A DNA stretch of 64,000 nucleotides, from contig OX597816.1 of the NCBI GenBank assembly GCA_951406725.2, positions 40,920,001-40,984,000 on the forward strand, in the 5' to 3' direction. Shown piece by piece: positions 12,082 through 27,240 of the stretch (position 1 is its first letter; every line of letters starts with the position of its first letter). The notes beneath the pieces are model-generated. The model made no database searches. It was given only the letters and a program-made list of their open reading frames with translations, and was not told the DNA's origin. Source of the stretch: Octopus vulgaris. Lineage: Eukaryota. Position numbers and translations under genes: made by a program.

Positions 12082-13495
12082 ATTAAAGCCTTATTTTCTG
12101 GGGTTTTTTTCGAATATGCATCGTAATATGAAGCAGCAGACGTAGGGGCTGCTAATATCAAGAAATACAGGAGTTTTTCCCTACTCCTTCTTTTTCGCTC
12201 TGCTCCTTCGGATTATTATTTGTAGTAGTAAAACTCGTAATGTGGTGTAGGTGCAGTTAAGCGTTTATCAGTTGAAGCAGAAGATTATTTTATCTCTCTC
12301 TTCAGAGATAATATACCTAAGAAATATCTTATCTAATGTGTTTTTAGATATCTATGTTCATAATGCTCATAAATATAATGGAGAAGTTTCACTACTGATA
12401 TTCCTTTAGCCATAAGTTTCACGGATCAGGCTTGGCATAAGGCCACAAAATAACAATTGCGTCGTGACGTCTTTGCTGGCTTCTACAATTGCTGTTTGAG
12501 GTGAAAACACAGTGATATAGTAAACACATTGTATCTACTGATCTGAAATTTAATGCAGTTCAAATACACTTATATCAAATGATTGGTGTATACTTCCATT
12601 TCTGCAGCGGGAACCTGCTAATAGGTAAATAAATATATGAATGAAATATTCATCTATTTCAGGAAAGTATTTCTAGATTGAAGGAAAGTAAACAGAGTCA
12701 CTATAGAATAAAACATACTGCTTAGAAATATAGAAACATATGCAACTATATTGAATTCTCGACATTTCCTATGGTTATCGAATGCGTATACAGCTACGCC
12801 ATTTTTATTCCGCGTGTTATTATGTTCACGTTATGCTTTTTACTTTTAAGATCACTTTGTAAGGTCGATGGTCATTTAAACAAAGACCAGATACACCTAA
12901 GATGAAACGAGACCAATTGTCATTATTACTGCCAACACATCTTCATATAGATTCCCATTACTTTTGAACAATTGTATTCGGCGATTTCTACTTCATATAT
13001 TTCGTACAATTTCATTCATACCAATATTGCATCTAGTGATATACGTCCTCAAAGAAGAAATATTGCACGAACAAGTTATGTTTATTCTTGAAGAAATGAA
13101 AAAAGGCGCAAAGTTTGGCAAGACATCAAAGATATTGTATTCATTTGTGTATTGTTCAGAGTTTATCGCTCTAAACAGCTTTCTTCCTAATTGCATGTTT
13201 CTGAAGAAAGTTACGGAGCGTAAAGTTGGGGCTTACTTTTGAAGTTAGAGAAATAACATTCAGTTAAAACTGTATCATGTTGTCTTGTTATAGCATTATT
13301 CCATTGCTTTAAAGGGAAAACATCGGTACATGAATACATAAGCACATACAAGCATATATCTATCTATCTGTCTATGTGTGTGCGTATGTATGTATGTATG
13401 TATGTATGTATGTATGTATCTATCTATCTATCTATACATACACACATACATCAGAATATATATGAAACTAAGAATACAGTCTAATATTTCGTATA

Positions 13496-13540
<45 letters not shown>

Positions 13541-13702
13541 TGGTTGTATACTGTCAACATAACGTGACAGTCCTGTAAGGAAATTACACCACCGCTGTTT
13601 AGCCCTAGGAAGCATCGACGCTTCCTGTCGGCTTTGACACATTTCCTGTGTCCTTATATTTGCGAAGGGGAGGCAAGCACCCCCACCAGCTAGGATTCAC
13701 AC

Positions 13703-13747
13703 CTGAGGACATGCATGTTTCTGGGTCTTAACCCGTCATCAGCCCAG
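13703..13747 (-). ncRNA. Type I hammerhead ribozyme, canonical core
   Basis: Exact reverse complement of 14559-14603. Confidence 0.85.
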
Positions 13748-14558
13748 TATAGTGAGATCTGCTGATTGAAATCTGTATTCTAGGCACATGTGGCCCGAAT
13801 GAAGAGGGGACATAACAATAAAATACAGGACATGGGGTACATATAACAAAAATACAGAAAGGATGATATGATTTGAAATATTAATCACAACCCATAGACC
13901 AAAAACAGAAAAAAACTAAAAAGAAGTCTGCCGACGAGACAGAGGATCGAACGCACGAACGGAGAGATACAGCAACTAAAGTGAGTGAAGGTTCAACGTG
14001 GGAGGAAACGAATAAATGGTCAACAAAAGTGGAAGAATGTCTGAAAACATGCAAGGAAGGAGGAAGACGAAACGGAAAAAATCTCAAAGCTGTAATGTTG
14101 TACAAAAAGGATAACGAAATTGAGAAAAAAATTAGCGATAATGAAAAACCTAACGAGAGTAAAATTGAACCCGAGGATATAGGATAACCAAATAAAGGCT
14201 GCAATTTTGGATAAAGAGACGGTAAATAAATTAATAAATTTGTTTTCAAATATAGCTGTGTGCATAGCGCACTACGTTCGATATGACAGTTTGCCCGGCG
14301 TTATAGAACAGGATGAATTACTCGTTTACATTACTGACGAACGGCCCAGATAGTACAATTGTAATTGTAAATGAAACTGCGAGCTTTGAGGGGGCTCGTA
14401 AGCCATTTCATTTAATTCATTATTAATATTTCATTTCATATCATCCTTTCTGTATTTTTGTTATATGTACCCCATGTCCTGTATTGTATTGTTATGTCTC
14501 CTCTTCATTCGGGCCATTGTGCCTATAATAAAGATTTCAATCAGCAGATCTCACCATT

Positions 14559-14603
14559 CTGGGCTGATGACGGGTTAAGACCCAGAAACATGCATGTCCT
14601 CAG
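14559..14603 (+). ncRNA. Type I hammerhead ribozyme, canonical core
   Basis: CUGGG CUGAUGA c GGGU uaag ACCC a GAAA CAUGCAUGU C CUCAG. GUC cleavage predicted after 14598; palindromic stem III ACAUGCAUGU. Confidence 0.85.
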
Positions 14604-14740
14604 GTGTGAATCCTAGCTGGTGGGTGTGCTTGCCTCCCCTTCGCAAATATAAGGACACAGGAAATGTGAGGAACGAAGGCAGTAATAATAATGAAGAAAT
14701 AAAAGGATTCTTTTCTAAAATTCTGACGACTTTTTTTTCT

Positions 14741-14774
<34 letters not shown>

Positions 14775-14944
14775 ACTGTCTCAACTGTTACTGCCTGAAA
14801 TTGTAAGGACATCTGGTAACATGACTGACGAAAGAAGGCCACAAATAACCCATTGTTTTTTTCCTGCCCTTTAATTGCCGATGTTCCTGTCCGCTTTTGT
14901 ATCGCCTATCTGTCTTCTATTGGGTTTTGTACCGTTTTATATAT

Positions 14945-15095
14945 GGTGGCTGTGTGGTAAATAGCTTGCTTACCAACAACATTGTTCCGGGTTCAGTCCT
15001 ACTATGTGGCACCTTGGGTAAGTGTTTACTACTATATCCTCGGGCCGACCAGATCCATGTGGGTGGTTTTGGTAGACGGGAACTGAAAGAAGCCC

Positions 15096-15178
<83 letters not shown>

Positions 15179-15349
15179 TTTACAACCGATGCTAGTGTGT
15201 TTACGTCCCCGTAACTTACCAGTTCAGCGCCAAGGGACCGATAGAATAAGTGCCAGGCTTACAAAGAATATGTCCTGGGGTCGATTTGCTTGACAAAATA
15301 TGGTGCTCCAGAATGGCCGCATTTAAATGAATGAAACAAATAAAAGAAT
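14945..15349 (+). mobile_element. SINE family A with expanded internal (TA)n
   Basis: Colinear with 8962-9375; internal pure (TA)n at ~15100-15177. Confidence 0.85.
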
Positions 15350-15740
15350 ATATATATACACTTATACATAAATGTGCGTGTATAAAGGTTGCATTTGCAT
15401 TCCGTACCTCATGAATGACGTAATTGTTTAATAATACCTTTTAACTATGTTTATCAAATGGATTTAAAACTTTGTAATTGAGAACTAGATATTCTGCATT
15501 AACATTATTATATTTCTTATGGAGTGGATGACAGAATAAGTTGAGTTTCATTCAAAATAAGATGTGTTGTTAGCGTAACTCTTTTTATAATCTCTTATCA
15601 TACTGATGTTTAAGAAAAATTTACATTTATTCGTCTGAGAGCGACTTAAAAAAGGTTGAGGACAGACTTGTACTTCGACTTATTGAAACCCTCGGGTCGA
15701 TGGATTGTCGCCTGAATGCTACTACAGCGCATGCCACCAT

Positions 15741-15747
15741 GCTGCTA

Positions 15748-15783
<36 letters not shown>

Positions 15784-15833
15784 TTGCTGCTACTGCTGCT
15801 GCTGTTTCTGCTCCTGTAACAACAACAACTACA

Positions 15834-15865
<32 letters not shown>

Positions 15866-16032
15866 AACTGCTGCGACTCCTGCTTCCACAACCGCTGCTG
15901 CTACTACTACTACTATCACTACTGCTACTACTTCTACTTCTGCAACTGCTACTACTACTGCTACTACTACTATCACTACTGCTACTACTTCTGCTTCTGC
16001 AATTGCTATTCCTACTGCTACTACTACTACAC

Positions 16033-16065
<33 letters not shown>
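15741..16065. repeat. (ACT)n/(GCT)n trinucleotide repeat
   Basis: Direct inspection. Confidence 0.95.
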
Positions 16066-17166
16066 TTTAACGTTGGTCTTTTGTTACAGTATTTAATTTT
16101 AAATAATTTCACTTTAGCTTTAGAGACATTCATTAAATTCAAGTGCATCATCAAATTATATTTATACCAAGTTTAGTTTCCAAATTAGAAATTTAGAAAT
16201 AATATTAAAGCTGAAATGTCTTTACAATTACATTTGATTCGTCTTCTGAAAAAAAATATATTTGACGATGTTTTCACTTGAATTATATTATTTAAAAATT
16301 ATTGTATTATATAAAATGTATTGTATTATTGTTGTGAAAATGTACCAGACGGATTTGAAAAAAAAAAACATAATGTATTTACTGTTGTATTGTTCATATA
16401 ACTATACACACCGCTGTAACTTAATAGACAATTCTGGCACTATTGTACTATTGATATTTATTAATTGATTGATTACTGTTATTAACATCATAGAACCATT
16501 GTAGAGGTATGTATCGAGGTCTGATGTGATGCAGGAAAATATATATCTATCGTTGATAATAACCTACATATGTGTATCTAAAACCAATGTCTGTTATGAC
16601 AAATTTCTAATCGATAGCTTTGGATATTGAGGTTCAAACATTTTAATAAAAGGTGGGTATGAATGATTATATTGGTTAAGCAAGATTATATTTTTTTTAA
16701 ATTTTAGTATCGTGGATCGTAATGAACGAAAATATCAGGTATTCTTCCCTTTCTTTCTATCTAAACATTTTCTAATTTAGAAGTAACATCATGAGATTTC
16801 TGTTGCGAATAATTGGATAAAGGTGTCCCTACCCTTAATTATCAACAGCATTATTTTTTATTGAGATCAGAAGTACATTTTTAACACACGCACCAACTAT
16901 CTGATTCCCAACGTTCTTCTTTTGATGCAATGTTAATATATTTGTGTCTCTCGAATTCGTGATATCTCTATTATCAGCTAGAGTAGAAATTATCATTTTG
17001 ATTTGTTTTTCCGCGAATATTATCTTACGATATCTATTTTACAAGGTATTTAGAGAGCACAATCAATATGATTACCGATGGAAAGGTTAATGATTTTAAT
17101 GGTGTTACTAGCGCTGCAGTGTACACAATTATTCAAACTGAAATTATATAAAAAAAAAAATAAATA

Positions 17167-17602
<436 letters not shown>

Positions 17603-17604
17603 TA

Positions 17605-17800
17605 AAAACACAAGGAGAAAACACAACAACGAGAGGACATGGAACAAGTATAGTGTTATTGGACGCTCAAGAAAGGAAAGAAAAAAGGAAGATTTAACGT
17701 TTCGAGCGGAGCTCTTCGTCAGAAACAGAAAAAAGGAAAGGTCCAAGAAAGGGAAGATGGAGAAAGAAAATGGCCAAAGATACACACGCGGTCACACACA
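17605..17800 (-). mobile_element. pLTR-like fragment with minimal hammerhead
   Basis: Homologous to 80-250. Confidence 0.65.
17692..17726 (-). ncRNA. Minimal type I hammerhead ribozyme
   Basis: GUUU CUGACGA a GAGC ucc GCUC GAAAC GUU AAAU. Confidence 0.7.
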
Positions 17801-18559
17801 GACACACATACACACGCATATATGTGTGTGTGTGTGTGTGCATAGACAGAGACATACACAATCCTATGAGTATAATCATGTAAAATAATATCTAAAAGCT
17901 GATTGCAGAGTCTCATAGGGTATACTATTCAAAGTCTTAACGCTTATATTGCTTTACAAACAGTGGTATTGCTCTATTATCGAGGGAGAATTATTCAGTG
18001 AATCATGGACGCAAGGGAAGATCATTCAGTATGACATCGCCTCAACTGGTACTTTGTATGACTTATAAAATAATATACAGGCAAAACTGTAATATGCCTG
18101 CAAGTGGAAATGAGTTGAGCGGTTTTCTTACATGACGTATTTGATTATCTCACATTTTGCTGTGCGTTTAAACACGCACACGTATGCGTGCGCGAACACA
18201 CACACACAAGCACACGTACACATGTGTGTGTGTATGTGTATAAACTTGTTTATATATTGATACATATATATGAAATAACTAAGGCGGCTATACGCAATTT
18301 AGAACCAAAGAGGAAATAATTCACCGATACTAATAGGTAACAAAGGATGCAGGGAGCACCAACATTGCTAGAAATAAGAGTCAAAGAACTCTTTAGCCAT
18401 AGACACACATTTTCTATTTACTATTTATATATGCATGCATACATACGCATATATATGTTTGTGTGGCTATGCATGCGTTTAGACAGAGAGAGTTGGAAGG
18501 GTAGTCAGTGACATATCATTACAACTATATTGCTCTCTGTAAGCCAATTAAATTATTCC

Positions 18560-19430
18560 TTCCATTACAAATGAAATTGTAAGGCATTTCCGTGGAAATG
18601 GAAAATTGGAGGGAGTTATGTTTCAACTGCATCATTAAAACCAATGCAAAGTGATCGAAAACGTATCGTAATTGATATAAAAAAATCAATGACATCATTA
18701 CCAAAGAACTTCAGACATTGAAGTTGAGTGTCAGAATTGGTGTTGCACGATGTCATTCCATACAAATCATATCTACTGAGTAGAGTCTAATTCTACAAAG
18801 AGACAGATGATCGATTGATTCTCACCGTGCGGTTATTTAACAAAATGTTTAAATCTCACGAACATGGACTGCTTTGGTCCTTCTCTAATCAGAAAAAATT
18901 CGACCGAGTACGAACGACTAACTTCAAAAGACACAGATTGCTATGCACAGATCCTTATGCTGTCCCTACATTGATGCTCACAAGGTTTTCATCAACTGTA
19001 ATGGTTGTTGGATGAGCATGTGAAGAAGATTATGCCATGTCATCCCACATCTTTCCACTGGTCTCAAATTGAATGTTGCTGGATAAATTTAGTGAGGAGA
19101 TCTGTTACGCCTTTGATGGAATAAGTATGCATTTGAAGGCATAAGTTTTTCGACAAGCTTCAGTGTCTTCTCATAAAGGCCACGTAATCAAGAATGCACG
19201 TTAGACGATATTTACAACCATGTAACGCCAAACCTTTTTTTCTGAAAGTCTCGTCAGATTAAATCCTAGGGAGTTTTTTCATTTGGAACAATGTTGAAAG
19301 AAGGACTAACCGACATAATCAAAATAACTGATCTTTGTCACTGAAAATTGATATTGTCCAGGGAATGTTCAGAATGATTGAAAACCATTTTGTAGCGGTT
19401 ATGGAAGCTGAAGATAAATTTATAAAATAA
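18560..19430 (+). mobile_element. Highly decayed maT/Tc1-mariner transposase remnant
   Basis: Fragments (FSNQKKFD, MVVG, SH, SSDLNP..F) align by eye with the better preserved copy at 23935-25044. Confidence 0.55.
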
Positions 19431-20620
19431 TCTTATGGAGAAGCTAATATAGAGCATATACTCATTTTAAAAATAATAAATGCAGTTGGGTTTTGCTATA
19501 TGAAAGCTGTACTATTTCCTCAAACATCCTTCGATTTCTGTACTCGTGCATGCGTTCAAACATATGCACATACACATTCACACACACAAACATGCACACA
19601 CAGACGAACGATGCACACACACTTGCGAGATTTAATATAATAATGAGCAATATTGTTTTCATTCTTCCTCTAGCATTATAATTGTTTTCAATCTATTTTC
19701 ACGCTACAAACTATTGCTATATTTTGTTCGCGATCCACGCCATTTTCCCTAAAAGCGCTAAAAAGCATTATTTTGTTAAGGTATTCTATGCTTCTTAAAA
19801 CCCCCTCTTTCTTATAAACAGACAATCTCAATATCAATATTGTTCTCTTTTATATTCACCGTCATATAGATTTATACTTTCCTTCTTTTTATTTGGAAGA
19901 CATTTTCTTCCTGTCAAACAATTTAAGTGTTTTTAAAAATCCATGTTATTTTTTCTCGATTATTCTTATATCTTTTCCAAACAATTTCGAAATTTAAATT
20001 TTGAAAAACTGTAGGAAATGTGAATATTTCCATGTGTCAGATTCAATTTTGAAGCAATGTAACACGCATAAATATATTTTAAGGAAATATTTGTCCATAT
20101 GAAAATTAAAACGTCCATTTTTTAAATTAAAACAAGTAAATAAAAGAAACTATCAAAAAAAAAAAATAGTTAAATGAGTCATAAATGTCTACCGCAGCCT
20201 TTAAAATCATTAAAAACAAGGGAACAGGTTTTTTTTAATTCTATGAAGCTATATTGCTTGTTCTTCTATTTTCCTCCTTTCTTAAGAAAGAAAGCGAATA
20301 TTTAAGAAAAAATTGCTGTATTTTTCACTCAACAGAATATGTAGTTTTAAAGAAATTGAAAATCGTTTGAAATAAATACATTTTTAAAGAAAAAATGTGG
20401 AAGAAAAATTAACTTTCAGGAAAAAAAATTCTGAGAAAACATATAAAAATCATACTCTATGGAAATATTGAATAAGACTTCAAAAAATTCCGAAGTAATA
20501 TAAATCATAATACGTGTAAAATCTTAAAAAGAGAAAAATGAATGATAAACTATTTATTTATTACCATTCAACGCAAGCATACATATGCACGCGCACAGAC
20601 ATACATATCTGCTTGTGTAT

Positions 20621-20694
<74 letters not shown>

Positions 20695-21629
20695 ATATAG
20701 GGAAAAATAATGTGTCGCTAAAACAACTTTTATAGATTTTTAAAAAGGTGTGAGAAGGTATTAATGTTTTTTTTTATATTTTTTCACGCCGTTATTTCAT
20801 TTGTCGATTGACATAAAAAATATTTTCTAATGTTATTTGAAATTTGAATGTACACATAGATTTACTGCTTAATTCTTAGTTGTTTTGGGAAAACTGCAAA
20901 TATTTCAATATTGTAACATTTTTTTTTTCTCTTGAAAATAGTTCTGTGTAAATTTTTTGTCGACTGCATTTGGAAATCAATAATTGTTCTTTTTTTAAAG
21001 TTAGACGAATCTTAGTTTCGAATATAAATCTGAATATTTTCTGCTCTCGCAAATGTCCTTCCTTGTTCTGACACTCAATAGAAGGATCATATAATATAAC
21101 TAATACTTTGTAAAGTTATCCAGTGTGTCATGATAATGGCATGAATAATGGAAATTAAGTCATGATTTGGCCATTAAGTAAAAGATTACGTGGTGTACAA
21201 GTTCTTTGTTACGCAACTCTCTGCTCAAAATATAATGATGATATAATATAAAACATTTTACGATATATATATATATATATGTGTTTGTGTGTGTGTGTGT
21301 GTGTGTATGTGTGTGTGTGTATGTGTGTGTGTGTGTGTGTGAAGTATATTGAAGTATATTTGCCATCTAAATGTCGCTAACCACTAAGTGTGGATTATTA
21401 CTGTAGCTTGTAGCCCCAGGGAAACATCTCCAGCTGGCTATTGACGCACTTTCTGTGCTATCTCGCTCGCTACACTGACAAAGCGCTTGACTATAGTCGA
21501 GCAATTAATACTCATTAAAAGTGTTGGACTATATCCGAGTAAGAAATACTAAAACATATTTCTATTTTCTAAACGAAATGATGTCTGCATAGCAGAACCG
21601 ACCTAGTGGTGGTGGCCAAAATACACCAC

Positions 21630-21988
21630 ATATACTATATAGTTGATGTTACATGCCCCATTGACACATGAATAGTCAAGAAGGAACGTGAAAATATAGA
21701 TAGATACAAACTTCTTATGTATGAAGTAGCCCGAAGATGGTGAAGACAGTGCCAATTATTGAAGGATCTTTGGGAACAGTATCAGAAAGCTTCAAGGAGA
21801 ATGTAAATGTACTTAGAATAGAGTGCCCAGTAGAACTGTTACAAAAGGTTTGCCGCCTTGGCATGGCCAGAATAATCAGGAAAGTATTAGCTGAAAAGAA
21901 TGGATAGCATGGTACCGTAGGCTGCAACTAGCAAGCTCGCTACACACGTAAGCCTCCAAGAGCTCCATCAAGACCTGTGATAAAGAGA
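21630..21988 (+). mobile_element. R4/Dong-clade retrotransposon 3' end (restriction-like endonuclease)
   Basis: VDVTCPIDT*IVKKERENIDRY...VPIIEGSLGTV...VELLQKVCRLGMARIIRKVL, directly followed by (TAA)n. Confidence 0.7.
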
Positions 21989-22187
<199 letters not shown>

Positions 22188-22331
22188 TATTCGTTTATTA
22201 ACTAGAAGGCGTTACATAAAATTACATTAAGAGACCTACAACAACATAAAATACAAAAACAGACGATACAGTGGGTTTTACAATGTGTAGACAATATAAG
22301 AATAAAATTAAACAATTTAAAACTCTTAATG

Positions 22332-22715
22332 GGCGCAGGAGTGGCTAAGTGGTAAGTAGCTTGCTTACCAACCACATGGTTCCGGGTTCATTTCCACTGC
22401 CTGGCACCTTGGGCAAGTGTCTTCTACTATAGCCTCGGGCTATAACCAAAGCCTTGTGAGTGGAAACTGAAAGAAGCCCGTCTTATATATGTATATATAT
22501 GTATGTGTGTGTATGTTTTTGTCTCTGTCCCTCCGACATCTCTTGACAACCGATAGTGATGTCTTTACGTCCCAGTAACGTAGCGGTTCGGCAAAAGAGA
22601 CTAATAGAATAAGTACTAGTCTTCCAAAGAATGTCCTGGAGTCGATTTGCGCGACTAAAGACGGTGCTCCAGCATGGCCGCAGTCAAATGACTGAAACAA
22701 GTAAAAGAGTAAAAG
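22332..22715 (+). mobile_element. SINE family A
   Basis: Colinear with 8962-9375. Confidence 0.9.
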
Positions 22716-23393
22716 AAGGGAGGCGCATTACGGGCCTCGTAAAAAAGCCCACAAATGTCAAGGGTGCCTGAACGACAGGGTAAGAGGCCTTCTCGTTTTG
22801 TTTCCAGGTGCCCGTTCATAATTGGTCCTTTCAGACTGGCCATTCTTCCAACATCTTTTTAAAAACTTGCTACAATGCAACACTTCCCTATCCACCCTCA
22901 ACTTCCTTTTCAAGTGAAACTTGAAAAGGTTGAATCGATTAAGCAACCAGAAGAGGGATTTGGTATTAGTCTTTATTTTCTACATATTCGCAATAGTCCA
23001 AAATATTACATTTATATATCTATCTTTCTATCTGTCTATCTGAGCATAATCCTATGAACTCGGAAAAATTTTAAAAAGAGTATTACTTACTTGCAAGCAA
23101 ATGTGTTGACATGTGATATTATTGACCGAGGTTAGTGTGGTGTTTTCCGTAGGCTTTTCTTTCCACCGATAAACGTTATCTGTTTCCCCCTTTACACTTT
23201 ACATCATGACATTTCTGTGATACACGATCCCTATTGATGGTTTTTTTTGTATTGTTTGGGTATTTTTCTCCCTCTTACGATCGCTTTTGACCGAAAACCT
23301 ACCCCACTTTTATTTTTTTCTCCCCAAAAAGAAAAGCTCTACTTTGTAATCTGTCCCGTATGTGTGCAGCCGTGTGTGGCTTATAAAGAAACA

Positions 23394-23484
<91 letters not shown>

Positions 23485-23485
23485 A

Positions 23486-23525
<40 letters not shown>

Positions 23526-23526
23526 A

Positions 23527-23592
<66 letters not shown>

Positions 23593-23640
23593 CTATCTAT
23601 CCATCCATCTATCTATCAATCTATCTATACATATCTACAT
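23394..23640. repeat. (TATC)n microsatellite
   Basis: Direct inspection. Confidence 0.98.
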
Positions 23641-23712
23641 ATACATACATACATATATGTAATATTCTGGACTAATGAGTACATACACAAACACACACAC
23701 GCACACACACAC

Positions 23713-23778
<66 letters not shown>

Positions 23779-23934
23779 TCACAGTATTATAATCAAATAA
23801 TATAAATATTTATAGTACATGTTACAAATATAAATACACTGTTTCACTGTTTACATATTATGCGTAAGCTTTTGGGAGGATACCTCTTTCAAGACCTTCA
23901 ACTTCTAGCTTATTTTTTCCAATTTTCTGATGAG

Positions 23935-25044
23935 CAATGCCAGACACCAAGTTCAGTCACAAATGAAAAGTAGCCCCGTAATGTAATCTTGTAAATAGCA
24001 TTTTGAAACAGATAGCTCCTATCCTCAAAGTCGCCAGACCCTTTCTTGTCAATGTTTAAAAGCTGCTGATGGGGATTCAACAACAACAGCTTAACAAAGC
24101 ATATGCTCAGGGTCCTCTTACCATCAAAACAATTTCGTACGAAAACGTCGAAGAAATAATCGATAAAGTCTCTAGAAAGTCATTCATAGCCATTGAAAAT
24201 GACATCAAAGTTTCAGAATGCACCAGCAGAAGATTTGTGCATGAGTACATCCGATACAAATCACATATGATGCAGAAGAATCAGTTTATGTCGGATGTGG
24301 CAATATTTCGATCCGTTGTCTAATAAGTTAAAACACCAAGAGGCTGGAATGCTTCGATGAGAAAAATTCCGATCAGGACCAAACGGTAAATCGAAGGAAC
24401 GATTGCTGGTTATACAGAGACCCGAATGTTGTTCTAACGGTCATGCACACTAACTTCCTAGCTACTGCGATGTTTGTAGGAGTTGCCTGCAACTTAGAGT
24501 ATGCCATGCTTTTCCACTTCTTTAAACAGGTCCTAAGAGTTAATGCTGTTGTCTACACAGAAGTTTTAGAGAATACTGTGAGGTCCTGGATTGACAGAGT
24601 ACGTACCGGAAGCCCGTACAACTTCCAACAAGACGCTGCGCCGTCTCATTAGGCTAGGACAACACAAGAGTGGAGGTGTGTCAACATCTGTGGTATGTTT
24701 TTCCAGGCATACGGCAACCTAGCTCACCAGATATCAATCTACTGGAATATTTCCTAGAGGGCTTAGTTAAAACAGAGAAAAATCAACACTCCCATGAGAC
24801 CATACAATCACTCAAGTCCGTCATGACTAGCAATATGTCCAAAATTGATTACAAACATCTAATTCAGATATGTTAAAGATTTCGGTCCCACATTGAAGCA
24901 GCCATTGATGTTAACGTTGGATTAGGTAAATAGATTTGATAAAAGAATTCTCAAGATTATTTGTACCGGTTTGCTAAGAAATACAGCTTTTCTTGTCTTC
25001 TGAATTCATACAAATGACCAAAAAAAAAACTGGATCACGCTGTA
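23935..25044 (+). mobile_element. maT (DD37D-like) transposon remnant
   Basis: FDEKNSDQDQTVNRRND...VYTEVLENTVRSWI...FQQDAAPSH*ARTTQEW...PSSPDINLLEYF; ends cacgctgta (TIR-like). Confidence 0.75.
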
Positions 25045-26039
25045 CGTACTTGTATGTGAATTAACAGTAAATGAAGCAATTTGGATATCCGGCTCTTCAT
25101 CTTAGACCGAAATTTGGAAATACTATCAAGTTAACTGTAATATTTCTGTCATACGATTAATATTTACTTTAATTATATGCTCATTTCTGCATCATACGAA
25201 ATTTTTACCTAATAACGTAACACACATAATCCACAAAATTGCCTTATTACAAGCTAACATTAACATTTAACAAAATACGTATAGCGTATGAAATACGAAT
25301 TCGTCTTCTAACAATGTCAAAGTAAAAGAGTAAAAGAGTGTATACACTGGATCTAAAAGGCAAAAATAAAGAATAAAAGATGGACCCAAAACTATAGAAT
25401 ACAAATTCTATATAGCATTCAAACGCAAACACAAAATGTGTGTATAGCATTGGAAACAATGAGAACTTAACAAAAATATTCACTGTATTGCGAAGATAAT
25501 CTGCTTTCATAAATAAACAAAAAACTAAATATTCAGAAATACATGAAGAAAAGCCTTTTCTATAGATTTAGCACCGTTGCTAGTGTTAGTGAGTCAATAA
25601 TGAGCAGAAACAGAAGCTGTACCTGAATAATTAATGAAATAAATATGATTATAAAAATAAGGCAAAGCGTATTCAAGGGAACGTGAACGTTAAACACTTT
25701 TTACCATTGATGGTTTGCCTCCGGAGGTACAACTATTGTGACAAGTTGATAATTAGATCACACGCTGAATATTTAACGAAAATATAGCATTGAGGTGGTA
25801 ACACATCAACTATGATCTCCTTATCCAGATAGCGGTAATAGATTTTGTGAAATAGAAAACTTCTTTGAACCCTATAAATTCATGACAATTTCAATCAAAA
25901 TTTTGCTGAGCAAACGTTACGTATAGAGATGCTTTTGAAAGTACATTCAACATCTTCGCTTATGTCTGTTACTGTTCTGCTCTCATTTATGCATTATGCA
26001 ACTGTAGATAAACGTATACCCAACACAAAAGCAACGATG

Positions 26040-26720
26040 AAGTAAGCCTTCTATTGTTTGTTAATGACATGAAACTTTTCTTAGAAACTGAAAACCTCAA
26101 TTCTTTGAGAGATTGTGTTGTAATTTTCCGCGCTTATATTGAGATGCAGTTTCATATAGACATATCTGTTCTTATTCTTATAATGGAAGGGGTAAAGGTT
26201 AACGTGAGAGAGAATCGCGCTTTTATACAGTAAGACAATTAGTTCTCCAAGTGCGAGTAACTGATGTAAATATCTGCGTGTATTGCAGAAAGATGATATG
26301 AAATTGAATGAAAAGAAAGATAATGTAGGCTATGAATACCAAAGAAGGGTCAGAAAGATGCTAGAAACAAAACTAAGTGGAAGAAGCATCATTAAAGTAA
26401 TCAACATATGGAAAACACCGATATTCGATATTCTGCGGCATTTATTCTGCGGTCGAAATGCAGATAACAAAATAGATATGCACACAGTCGAAGTAATAAT
26501 ACGTAATTGTTTACACTTATGCTACAATAGCAGAAAGCTCTATAATCAAGAAAAGATAGAGGGACTATGCTACATAAGGAGATATTATGCGTGACAGTAA
26601 TGTATAGAGGGAAAGTAATGAGAATATATGGGCAAGCAGGTAGCAAGGGATAAACACATAGTTGTAAATATATAGAAACAGAAAGCGAAGGACTGGGTGA
26701 AATCTGTAAGCAAAAGTGAT
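26040..26720 (+). mobile_element. R4/Dong-like RT C-terminal remnant
   Basis: LLFVNDMKLF...KYLRVLQ...EYQRRVRKMLETKLSGRSIIKVINIWKTP. Confidence 0.6.
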
Positions 26721-27187
26721 CCGTTGAATGGCTTTTCATGTAAATAGGAGATTTGACAATGGCGAGGAGCAGTACTTATTGTTTATAACTTATCCCGCCG
26801 TTCTAATTATATTCAATGCTTAACATTTGAGAAAAAGATAAAAAATAAATCTTAGTACATATAAAAATAAAGAGACAACGTCAACTATTGTGCATGAAAA
26901 TGAATTTATTGAATCAACTACAGAAAATTAACTTACTTGTTCCATAAAGTTTTATTTATTCACACAGCTACGCGCAGCCAGAGAAACACACACACACACA
27001 CACACATGGAGCACGTATGTATGCATGTATGTAAATATATATATATGTATATATATATATACACACACACACACACGCACATATATATATATATTATTAT
27101 ATGTAGACACACACATATGTGCATATATACACATATATGTGAATATACACACACACATACATATATATATATATACATATATTTGTA

Positions 27188-27240
<53 letters not shown>

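Larger units (their letters stand above)
13540..14668. mobile_element. Element with ~250-bp inverted arms, each carrying a hammerhead
   Basis: 13638-13885 is the near-identical reverse complement of 14420-14668; ~535-bp spacer. Confidence 0.85.

Noticed and set aside
13981-14187. Lys/Glu-rich ORF in the inverted-repeat spacer
   Set aside because: Short, non-ATG start, purine-rich low complexity, no recognisable domain.
14325-14372. tttaca..CTGACGA...tacaattgta..tgtaaa hammerhead-like stretch
   Set aside because: Paired flanks and a palindrome are present, but there is no GAAA before stem III and no clear stem II.
15627-16154. Ser-rich (-) or Thr/Ala-rich (+) mucin-like ORF
   Set aside because: Openness is explained by the trinucleotide repeat; no good splice signals or domain.
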